A stretch of DNA of 64,000 nucleotides from a bacterium (GCA_030427445.1 JAUIBQ010000001.1:25782-89781), one strand, 5' to 3'; shown: positions 54,901 through 62,812, counted from the stretch's first letter. Numbers and translations are program-made. The notes: generated from the sequence alone by a model not told the origin.

Positions 54901-54948
54901 ATTTCACGCCGTTTGGTGTTTTAACTCCTTAGAGTTTCACTCCATTTT
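54901..54948 (+). repeat. Rep-A copy
   Basis: ATTTCACGCCGTTTGGTGTTTTAACTCCTTAGAGTTTCACTCCATTTT. Confidence 0.85.
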
Positions 54949-55051
54949 AGAATAATTCATCCGATAGAGTCTTAGTCCTGTAAACCATTTATAGAATTGC
55001 AAGGTGTTTTATTATATAATACTAAGCCATGAAAAGGAGCCTTACATATTA

Positions 55052-55528
55052 ATGAGCGAAGTAACCAATTTACACACTAACAAAACAGGATTCCCAGTGC
55101 AGTTTCCAGTTGAAACAATGAAGGACCTTGATGCTATATCTGCAATTGGCACATTTAATGACGGAGTTTATCAACCATTAGGATTCACTAAAATAATGGA
55201 TCAGATTATTGGACAGTACTTAAGTAGTGGACATGAAGGTCCCCTAGTCACTCACGATGAGGATACTGAGACTATTCAACGAGCAGTAAGATTAAGCGAT
55301 CAACATTTGGCTACTATGGAGGAAAGATTCCCTGGCATGCAACGCTATAGCCTAGTTGCTGGAGTAGCACTAACAGCGACACTACACTATAGCCACACAT
55401 GTATAGACTACGGAGAAAAACCACCGAAGATACATACCATTAGTTTAGGTCAAGAACCGGGAAGCTTTGCTGAATTATTAAGACACAAGCCGTTTCTTGG
55501 ATTCAAGCCACAAGATATAAAAGAATAA
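55052..55528 (+). CDS. hypothetical protein (158 aa), island cargo
   Basis: AAGGAG SD about 13 nt upstream of the ATG at 55052 (MSEVTNLHTN...). No motif. Confidence 0.55.
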   Translation: MSEVTNLHTNKTGFPVQFPVETMKDLDAISAIGTFNDGVYQPLGFTKIMDQIIGQYLSSGHEGPLVTHDEDTETIQRAVRLSDQHLATMEERFPGMQRYSLVAGVALTATLHYSHTCIDYGEKPPKIHTISLGQEPGSFAELLRHKPFLGFKPQDIKE

Positions 55529-55541
55529 AACTTCAATCAGA

Positions 55542-55590
55542 ACTTCACGCCGTTTGATATTATAACTCTTTAGGTTTTCACTTCATTTTA
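55542..55590 (+). repeat. Rep-A copy
   Basis: ACTTCACGCCGTTTGATATTATAACTCTTTAGGTTTTCACTTCATTTTA. Confidence 0.8.
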
Positions 55591-55599
55591 TTTTATAGT

Positions 55600-55892
55600 G
55601 CGTTTCTGCGGGTGGCTTCGCCCCGCACCCATGACTTACTTTTACCTACAGGTGCAAAAGTAAGCAAAAACCCCGCACCCAGTCATAAAAACACTATTGA
55701 GATAATAACCAAATACTACCGTGCCTTGCGGAACGCAAGCGGTCCAGAAAGTTTCTTTAGCTGATGTTTCTGGACTGGTCCTCGGCAATGACTCGCTAGT
55801 ATTTACTCACTTCCTCATCGGTTTTTATGAAGGGTAATTAAATACAAACCCGGACTGCAGGAATCTGTGCAAATACATAATTTGCTATTTTA
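55600..55892 (+). repeat. family-B element, full copy B1 (GC-rich hairpin core, degenerate module motif, palindrome P2)
   Basis: Core TGCGGGTGGCTTCGCCCCGCACCCATGACTTACTTTTACCTACAGGTGCAAAAGTAAGCAAAAACCCCGCACCC. Hairpin CTTGCG-GAA-CGCAAG. GCAAATACATAATTTGC at 55869-55885. Confidence 0.75.
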
Positions 55893-55895
55893 TGA

Positions 55896-56147
55896 TGGAC
55901 CTCAGAAATTATTCTGAAGCTAAAAACTTACTTTTCATCGGTATGAAGTCTTTATGCTGGTAATGCTAATCAAATATCAAGTATCACCACGGGTGATGTT
56001 GTCGATGACGACAACTTGCTCGTCGACTTCTTCTTCAGTCCGCGGATCCGACTTCTTAGATCCAAATAGCCAAGAAAATAATCCCATACCCCAATTATAA
56101 TCCCAAACAGAGTGGAAAAATATCCCGAACAGGGGTAGTATTAATTT
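55896..56147 (+). promoter_or_regulatory. island upstream module copy 3 (with a ~120-bp insertion)
   Basis: Same two hairpins at 55896-55958. TGGAAA at 56113-56118, TAGTAT at 56136-56141, ATG 6 nt later. Confidence 0.55.
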
Positions 56148-56792
56148 ATGAAAATGTCAGATAGACGTAAAGACCTCAGGCCAAGAGAAAAACTACAGGC
56201 TAAAGGGGTACGAAGTTTATCAGACTATGAACTCTTAATGGCCGTGATTGGAAGCGGAACACAATATGCGGATGTGTCGAAACTTGCACGAGACACTCAA
56301 AAACTTATCAAAGAAAAAGGCAGTAACCTTTCATATGAAGACTTACTAACCATTTCGAGCTTAGGCCCAGCAAAAGCATCAACCATAATGGCAGGATTTG
56401 AACTATGGCGCAGACAGTTTGAAGTAACGGAGCGACCAATTATTGACACACCGGAAAAAGCCGTCGAACAACTTACAGATATTCGTGACAAAAAACAAGA
56501 ATACTTCGTGTGTCTAACGCTTGATGGTGCAAATCGCCTAATCGCTAAGCGCATTATCACGATAGGTACGCTCACTGCTAGCCTTGTCCATCCTCGTGAA
56601 GTTTTCGCAGAAGCAATAACTGATCGAGCAGCAAGCATCATCGTTGCCCATAATCATCCCAGCGGCAATTTAAATCCATCATATGATGATATAGAGATAA
56701 CGAAACAGTTATCTCATGCTGGAAAGATTTTAGACATCAGATTGAATAGCCATGTTATCGTTTCGAACAATAAGTGGAGTGAGTTTGTTTAA
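56148..56792 (+). CDS. radC: RadC-like JAB/MPN domain protein
   Basis: N-terminal LSDYELLMAVIGSGT. JAMM motif HNHPSGNLNPSYDDIEITKQL. Confidence 0.88.
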   Translation: MKMSDRRKDLRPREKLQAKGVRSLSDYELLMAVIGSGTQYADVSKLARDTQKLIKEKGSNLSYEDLLTISSLGPAKASTIMAGFELWRRQFEVTERPIIDTPEKAVEQLTDIRDKKQEYFVCLTLDGANRLIAKRIITIGTLTASLVHPREVFAEAITDRAASIIVAHNHPSGNLNPSYDDIEITKQLSHAGKILDIRLNSHVIVSNNKWSEFV

Positions 56793-56793
56793 A

Positions 56794-58179
56794 ATGCATG
56801 AAATATATTTAACAAAAGAAGAGGTTCTTAAAAAAGCTGAGACTGCTTTAAATAAATCACTTCGTGAAGTTATATCTAAAGAATCAACCAAATTAATTGA
56901 AGAACAGATTGGGTACTATGGATTAAGGCGTAAAGGTCTACTAGGCGATATTACTGAAAAATATTTTTTTAATATACACCCCGGTAATGTTAGTAACCCA
57001 GATTTCGCAGTTGCTGAAGTTGAACTAAAAACCACTCCGCTAAAAAAACATAAATCATTAAAGTATGTGTCTAAAGAACGTCTGGTTTTTTCGATGATAA
57101 ATTATGAAAAAATTATCGAAGAAACTTGGGAGAAGAGCTCTTTTTTAAATAAAAATAAATCCGTTCTATTGATGTTCTATCTGTGGCTGGACAACCAAAG
57201 TATATTAGACTACGAATTTAAGTTTATTCACCTACTCAACCTTTTAGAAAACATATCCAGCGAAGATGCGCTTCAAATCAAGAAAGACTGGGAATTTATT
57301 GTAAACAAAATTAGACGAGGTGAGGCTCATTTACTTTCTGAAGGTGACACGTATTACTTGGGTGCATGTACTAAGGCTACGAACAGTCGAGTCGTTAGAG
57401 AACAGCCAGCAAATTCGATTCCTGCCAAGCCAAGAGCATTTTCTTTCAAACAGCAATACATGAACTACATTGTCCAGTCCAGACTACTTAGTAAAAGCAC
57501 AGATAAAGATTCGATATTTGCTAACGCTCAACATAAAGCTACAATCGAGGAGACAATACACAAAAAATTTACTCCATTCTTAGGAAAAACAGATAATGAA
57601 ATACTAAGTTCATTAGAGTCAAAATTATTGAAAAAGTCTAAGAGTTATAAAAGGCTAATTGTTAACCAAATACTAGGTGTTACATCGAACAAGATAGAGG
57701 AATTTGAAAAAGCAAATATCACATTAAGAGTGCTAACTCTTGAACACACAGGAACATTGAAAGAGTCTATATCTTTTCCAGCGTTTGATTACAAAGATTT
57801 AATAACTCAGGTATGGTATGACGATAAGGATGAGATAATGTCTGATTTTCATTCACAATTAGAGACCAAGAAATTTTTGTTCGTAGTCTTCCAGAAGCAA
57901 AAAAACATGAAAGACATAACTTTAAAAAAGGTTGCTTTTTGGAATTTTCCCATGAATGACTTAAAAGAGGCAGAAAAAGTATGGAGAAAGACCATCGAAT
58001 GCATTAATGAAGGGGAATACGAAAGTTTACCTAAAATCAAAGATAGTAGAGTTGCACACGTTCGACCACATGCAAAAAATGCTCATGATACACTTGAAAC
58101 ACCACAAAAAACACAAGAAATTAAGCGTAGTTTCTGGTTGAATGCTAAATACATAGAAAATGTACTAAAAAATCTATAG
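56794..58179 (+). CDS. Sau3AI/MutH-family type II restriction endonuclease (GATC-type predicted)
   Basis: KGLLGDITEKYFF...NPDFAVAEVELKTTPLKK...SKERLVFSMINYEK is the MutH/Sau3AI catalytic D...E.K region. ~460-aa two-domain size. The ATG at 56794 lies 2 nt after the radC stop. Confidence 0.82.
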   Translation: MHEIYLTKEEVLKKAETALNKSLREVISKESTKLIEEQIGYYGLRRKGLLGDITEKYFFNIHPGNVSNPDFAVAEVELKTTPLKKHKSLKYVSKERLVFSMINYEKIIEETWEKSSFLNKNKSVLLMFYLWLDNQSILDYEFKFIHLLNLLENISSEDALQIKKDWEFIVNKIRRGEAHLLSEGDTYYLGACTKATNSRVVREQPANSIPAKPRAFSFKQQYMNYIVQSRLLSKSTDKDSIFANAQHKATIEETIHKKFTPFLGKTDNEILSSLESKLLKKSKSYKRLIVNQILGVTSNKIEEFEKANITLRVLTLEHTGTLKESISFPAFDYKDLITQVWYDDKDEIMSDFHSQLETKKFLFVVFQKQKNMKDITLKKVAFWNFPMNDLKEAEKVWRKTIECINEGEYESLPKIKDSRVAHVRPHAKNAHDTLETPQKTQEIKRSFWLNAKYIENVLKNL

Positions 58180-58221
58180 TGCGGCATTGATCGAAATAGT
58201 TTTATTTGTTAATATTAAATA

Positions 58222-59481
58222 ATGAAAAATATTAAAGTTGTTGAATTATTTGCAGGTGTAGGGGGATTTCGCTTAGGCTTAGACGCGGCAAGCAATTACA
58301 AGACACAATTCAAGACAGTTTGGGCTAGCCAGTGGGAGCCTTCTACAAAGAAACAAGACGCTGCTGATATTTATGCTGCAAGGTTTGGCAAAAAGGGTTT
58401 GAGCGCTGAAAACATAGAAGATGTGATTGAAAATAACTTCGAATCTATTCCGAATCACGATTTACTAGTTGGTGGTTTTCCATGCCAAGACTATTCTGTA
58501 GCGGCGACTCTAAAAAACTCAAAGGGTCTAATTGGCAAAAAGGGTGTCTTGTTCTGGTCAATTTACTCAATACTAAAGAAAAAAGGTGAAAAAGCACCTA
58601 AGTACCTATTCCTAGAAAATGTAGATAGACTCCTGAAATCTCCGGCCAAACAACGCGGCAAAGACTTCGCCGTAATGTTGGCAGCATTGTCTGATTTGGG
58701 ATATGCAATTGAGTGGCGTGTTATTAACGCGGCAGACTACGGGTTCCCGCAACGTCGAAGGAGGATTTTTATTCTTGGCTATAAAGTTGGCACAAAACTT
58801 TATAAGGAACTTTTGCAATCTTCACAGGACACCACCAACTGGATTACAAAGGATGGTGTCTTGGCGGACGCCTTCCCTATATCCAATGAGTTGAGTAGAG
58901 TGAATAAGTTCGATATTAAAGGTACTCCGAAAACCATAACTGAAGAATTCTCATCAAATTCTCCAAAGATTAGCCCATTTGAAAATTCGGGCATTATGGT
59001 TAGTCGTCATATCATTACCGCCAAATCGACACCTAACTATGAAGGTAACATTACTAAACTGCGTAGTGTGTTGATTAGAGAAAATCAAGTACCAGAAGAA
59101 TACTTCATCGATGAGGAGCAGGTAGAGAAGTGGAAATACCTTAAAGGCGCTAAAAGTGAGGAAAGAACTGCAGCCAGTGGTCACGTTTATCATTACTCAG
59201 AAGGTCCAATGACCTTCCCAGACAATCTCGACAAGCCATCAAGAACCATAATTACTGGGGAGGGTGGCGCAGGTCCTTCTAGATTTAAGCATGTCGTAAA
59301 GACTAAAAGTGGTAAATACAGAAGGCTAACACCTATCGAGCTAGAGAGACTGGATATGTTTCCAGACAATCATACTAAACTAGAAGGTGTATCTGATATT
59401 CGACGTGCATTTATCTGTGGCAATGCATTGGTAGTTGGTGCAATCACTAAAGTGGGTGAATCTTTAGTAAAAAAAATTTAG
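58222..59481 (+). CDS. dcm: DNA (cytosine-5)-methyltransferase
   Basis: Motif I ELFAGVGGF, motif IV GGFPCQDYS, motif VI ENV, motif VIII QRRRRIFI, motif X GNALVV. Confidence 0.92.
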   Translation: MKNIKVVELFAGVGGFRLGLDAASNYKTQFKTVWASQWEPSTKKQDAADIYAARFGKKGLSAENIEDVIENNFESIPNHDLLVGGFPCQDYSVAATLKNSKGLIGKKGVLFWSIYSILKKKGEKAPKYLFLENVDRLLKSPAKQRGKDFAVMLAALSDLGYAIEWRVINAADYGFPQRRRRIFILGYKVGTKLYKELLQSSQDTTNWITKDGVLADAFPISNELSRVNKFDIKGTPKTITEEFSSNSPKISPFENSGIMVSRHIITAKSTPNYEGNITKLRSVLIRENQVPEEYFIDEEQVEKWKYLKGAKSEERTAASGHVYHYSEGPMTFPDNLDKPSRTIITGEGGAGPSRFKHVVKTKSGKYRRLTPIELERLDMFPDNHTKLEGVSDIRRAFICGNALVVGAITKVGESLVKKI

Positions 59482-59715
59482 AACCTTTATCTAAAGAAGT
59501 TTTACGCCTTCAGTTTTAGGCAACTCTTCAATTATGAGTTCTTTTATTTCCTCTCTAGACATCGTATCAACCAGCTTCACACCAGCCACCATGTTTATTA
59601 TTTTGACAACTTTATATTTTAATTAATTATTATTTGGATATTTTCCGATTCTAGAAATCCTATCTCCGAAGTTCAACGACTTTATAAATACTTTCTTCGA
59701 GAAAGTATAAACAAT

Positions 59716-59887
59716 TATTAGCAAATAATGTATTTGCACAGATTCCTAGGGTCCTGGGATTAATTGAATCACCCTTCATAAAAACCCTAGTAGTAGACTC
59801 TGTCACTATAGGGCGTAACCGATGAGAGAGTGAGTAAATACTATCGAATCATCGCCGAGATAATCAAATAGCAAATTATGTATTTGA
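59716..59887 (-). repeat. family-B 3' module, inverted copy right of the R-M genes (palindromes P3, P4)
   Basis: The reverse complement matches 55783-55892, except for a ~33-bp insertion. GCAAATAATGTATTTGC at 59721-59737 and GCAAATTATGTATTTGA at 59871-59887. Confidence 0.75.
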
Positions 59888-59945
59888 ACGGTTTATCTTA
59901 TCTATTATTAAGACTCCACAAGCTACAGAGTGTTATTATTAATTC

Positions 59946-60596
59946 ATGCTAACGGCTTTTCTATTTGTTCTGTTGTTCTTTTTATTTATTGTTCTTTTAA
60001 TTGCCTCAACAGTATTACAGAGTAGATCATTCATAGGAAAAAGTGGCGAAAACTTCATAGCGCATAAACTACAAAGGCTCGATCAGTCAAAGTACAAGGT
60101 ACTTAATAATATTGTGCTTTCTTCTAATGGCAATACAGACACTACTCAGATAGACCATATCGTAGTTTCAGTTTACGGCATTTTTTGCATTGAAACTAAA
60201 ATGCATAAAGGTTGGATCTTTGGAAGTGTACATAAAAAATATTGGACACAAGTACTCTACAAAAAGAAATACAGATTGTATAACCCGTTGAGACAAAATT
60301 ATGCACACATAAAATCTTTAGAATTTCTGCTAGGAGAGAAAATTAAATCTCCTATAATTTCATTAGTCGCTTTCCCTAGGGCATCAAGACTTAAAATAGA
60401 TGACCTCAAATTGATATCTAATGGCCAGGGGACTATAGCGAATCTACTTAAATACCAGGATGTTATTTATGATCAGACAGAAATCCAAACAATATACGAA
60501 GTGATAAAAAACTCTTCTATCAAAGATAAAGAAATAGATGCGGAGCACATAAGACAGATAAGAAACATTACTAATCTTTCATCAAATAATAACTAA
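59946..60596 (+). CDS. NERD (nuclease-related domain) protein with N-terminal TM helix
   Basis: GKSGENFIAHKL...IDHIVVSVYGIFCIETKMHKGWIFG...KYWTQ is the NERD D/E-x-K pattern. Confidence 0.8.
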   Translation: MLTAFLFVLLFFLFIVLLIASTVLQSRSFIGKSGENFIAHKLQRLDQSKYKVLNNIVLSSNGNTDTTQIDHIVVSVYGIFCIETKMHKGWIFGSVHKKYWTQVLYKKKYRLYNPLRQNYAHIKSLEFLLGEKIKSPIISLVAFPRASRLKIDDLKLISNGQGTIANLLKYQDVIYDQTEIQTIYEVIKNSSIKDKEIDAEHIRQIRNITNLSSNNN

Positions 60597-60600
60597 AATA

Positions 60601-60935
60601 CACGACAGCAAATTATGTATTTGTACAGATTCCTCAGGGTCCGGGATATAAAAGATTTTGCTTTCGACGATATTCGTTCGTAAAAATCACAAGAATTGCA
60701 GCAGCTCTTGGAGGAAGTGAAACGCCTAGCGTAAGCCTTGTGTTGTTTTACAACGAATTCATAGCCAAGCAATAATCCCAATCCCGGTGGTTTGCTACTT
60801 TGACATGCAAAGTAGTTCAAAAAATATTATTAAAAATGATTTGTTTTTTGTACTATCTCAATAGTGTTTTTATGACCGGGTGCGGCTCTTTTGCTTACTT
60901 TTGCACCTGCAGCTAAAAGTACCGCTGGTCAAGGG
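60601..60935 (-). repeat. family-B fragments, inverted (palindrome P5, GGAGGAAGTGAAACGCC block, GC-rich core remnant)
   Basis: GCAAATTATGTATTTGT at 60608-60624. CTCAATAGTGTTTTTATGACCGGGTGCGG...CTTACTTTTGCACCTGCAGCTAAAAGTA at ~60858-60920 is the reverse complement of the B1 core. Confidence 0.7.
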
Positions 60936-61121
60936 TGAGAAATCCCAGCGATATTTCGCAAGGCAGTCAACACCTGAGAACTTGTTTCATAGCAGTTGTT
61001 GCGGGGTCGCGGAACGTGACGGCATTGCTCTTTATATAAAATAAATCTCGGCGCTTTGGTACTTTGGCGTACAAAGTAAGATTCAGTGTACAATAGTACT
61101 AATGCTAAACACCACACATAC

Positions 61122-62345
61122 ATGGCGAAGCTAAAACGAACAATCACTTGGAAGATGCTGACGCTGTACGGGCTCGGCAATATTTTGGGCGCTGGCATCT
61201 ACGTCCTCATCGGCGAAGTCGCACAAGAAGCAGGCGACGCGCTGTTATGGTCATTCGTAGGAGCGGGAATAGTCGCGAGCTTCACCGCCATCACGTACGG
61301 GGCACTATCAAGTGAATATCCTGTCAGTGCTGGCGCTGCCATCTACACCGAACGAGCCTTCAAATCAAAAAAATGGAGTACGATCATCGGCCTTGCGATG
61401 GCGTTAACGGCAATTGTATCTGCAAGCGCTCTACTAAACGGCTTCAATAACTATTTCCAGGAGCTGCTGAGCAACCTTGGCGTTACTGTGAGTATACCGT
61501 CACCAGTAGTCATATTGACTCTACTAGCTCTACTCGGTTGGCTCGCACTACGAGGCATTGGTGAATCTACAAAATTTGCAGTCATCCTAACGCTGCTTGA
61601 GACGGGCGGACTACTCATGATTATCGGAGCAGCCACGCTCTACGGTAATCCAGTCAGTGCGCTAGAGACATCAGTTTCATCGCTCGGGTCTGTAACACCG
61701 TTAGCCATAGTGCTCGGATCATTTGTGGCATTCTATGCATTCATCGGATTCGAAGACATGGTGAACGTCGCAGAAGAGGTAAAACAACCAAAGAAGCAGA
61801 TGAAACGAGGTATGTTATCAGCGCTCAGCATTGCTGTACTCCTCTATATAGCAACAGTCATCGCGTCACTCGCCATCTTGCCAAGCAGTGAACTGGCAGC
61901 GAGCAGTGCACCGCTCGCAGACGTATGGCAAGCGGCCACGAATAGCAGCCTCCCAATAATCACGATCATCGGCATCATTGCCATTACGAACGGAGCCTTA
62001 ATCGGTATTATTACTGCGTCACGAATCCTCTACGGACTCGCAAGGGAAGGGTGGATTACAAAGACATTCGCACAGATCTCTCCAAAAACAAATACACCAA
62101 CCTATGCGAGCTACACGATACTTGCGCTCATCGCCGTTGCTTCTGTAGCATTACCTCTCGGCACGCTGGCACAAATTACAAGCTTCATTCTGCTGCTTAT
62201 ATTCACCTTTGTTCAGATATCCGCTATCAAGCTCAAGCGGCAACACGGCTTACCGCAACTGAAGTACTACATTCCGATACTCGGCCTCATAGCCAACGTT
62301 GGCGTCATCGCTGTACAAATCCTCGCTTGGCTACACATCGTATAG
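61122..62345 (+). CDS. APC-superfamily amino acid permease
   Basis: MAKLKRTITWKMLTLYGLGNILGAGIYVLIGEVA start and about 11-12 TM helices. Visibly GC-richer than the neighbouring island genes. Confidence 0.85.
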   Translation: MAKLKRTITWKMLTLYGLGNILGAGIYVLIGEVAQEAGDALLWSFVGAGIVASFTAITYGALSSEYPVSAGAAIYTERAFKSKKWSTIIGLAMALTAIVSASALLNGFNNYFQELLSNLGVTVSIPSPVVILTLLALLGWLALRGIGESTKFAVILTLLETGGLLMIIGAATLYGNPVSALETSVSSLGSVTPLAIVLGSFVAFYAFIGFEDMVNVAEEVKQPKKQMKRGMLSALSIAVLLYIATVIASLAILPSSELAASSAPLADVWQAATNSSLPIITIIGIIAITNGALIGIITASRILYGLAREGWITKTFAQISPKTNTPTYASYTILALIAVASVALPLGTLAQITSFILLLIFTFVQISAIKLKRQHGLPQLKYYIPILGLIANVGVIAVQILAWLHIV

Positions 62346-62460
62346 CACAGCCCGGGGTCTGGGGCATACAAGCATTGATGCCGATTCTGGTGTTCTTTCT
62401 CCATCAGTTTGGATCCTGATTGGTGAGATTGGAAATCGGTAGATTTCCGAGAACATCCGC

Positions 62461-62757
62461 ATTTCCGGGGGTATGGGGTTAAGGTATTTTACTCATGCAA
62501 ATAATATTTGCGTTTATCTCGCTCTAGCAAAACGCTTGCAGTGTGATGCAGAAATGAGCGAATCATTGCTGAGGACCAGCCCAAAAAAAGTAACTAAAAT
62601 AGCTTTTTGGGCCGCCCCTTGCGGGCGTTCCGCAAGCACGTTCATTTCAAGCCATCGGTGCAAAGCTGTTTTGATAGTCGCGAGCGGGGGTTTTTGCTTA
62701 CTTTTGGACCTGCAGGTAAAAGTAAGTCATGGGTGCAGGGGCGAAGCCGCCCGCATC
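62461..62757 (-). repeat. family-B element, copy B2, inverted relative to B1 (palindrome P6)
   Basis: The reverse complement carries TGCGGGCGGCTTCGCCCCTGCACCCATGACTTACTTTTACCTGCAGGTCCAAAAGTAAGCAAAAACCCCCG, CTTGCGG-AACGC-CCGCAAG and CTGGTCCTCAGCAATGATTCGCT. GCAAATAATATTTGC at 62497-62511. Confidence 0.75.
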
Positions 62758-62764
62758 AATAAAT

Positions 62765-62812
62765 TAAATGGTGTGAAAATATAAGGAGTTAAAATATCAA
62801 ACGGCGTGAATA
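62765..62812 (-). repeat. Rep-A copy (inverted; right edge of island)
   Basis: AAATGGTGTGAAAATATAAGGAGTTAAAATATCAAACGGCGTGAATA. Confidence 0.8.

Larger units (their letters stand above)
55542..62812. mobile_element. 7.3-kb segment bracketed by inverted [Rep-A + family-B] copies (putative composite mobile or invertible unit)
   Basis: 55542-55892 on plus and 62461-62812 inverted share Rep-A and the ~75-nt GC-rich core. No recombinase lies inside. Confidence 0.3.

Noticed and set aside
59491-59592. 33-codon minus-strand ORF (MVAGVKLVDTMSREEIKELIIEELPKTEGVKLL) just after dcm, considered as a Vsr-like remnant
   Set aside because: It is too short, has no Vsr or other motif and no convincing SD or promoter.
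60593-62784. ORFs 60593..60820(-), 60929..61198(-), 62051..62419(+) and 62473..62784(+)
   Set aside because: They lie within family-B/Rep-A repeat sequence or out of frame inside the permease gene. Their compositions are atypical (Cys/Arg/His-rich) and they have no start context.
39415-62812. Rep-A copies as a CRISPR array
   Set aside because: Copies are kilobases apart with genes between them, occur in both orientations and are imperfect. There is no regular repeat-spacer periodicity and no cas genes.
53411-62812. Island repeats as integron attC sites (cassette array)
   Set aside because: The cassette-like layout is suggestive, and Rep-A contains GTTTGGC and TTTTAAC. However, these do not fit the R'/R'' cores (GTTRRRY/RYYYAAC). 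The expected long imperfect hairpin with extrahelical bases is not evident. No intI or attI lies in the window, and cassette orientation and spacing are irregular.
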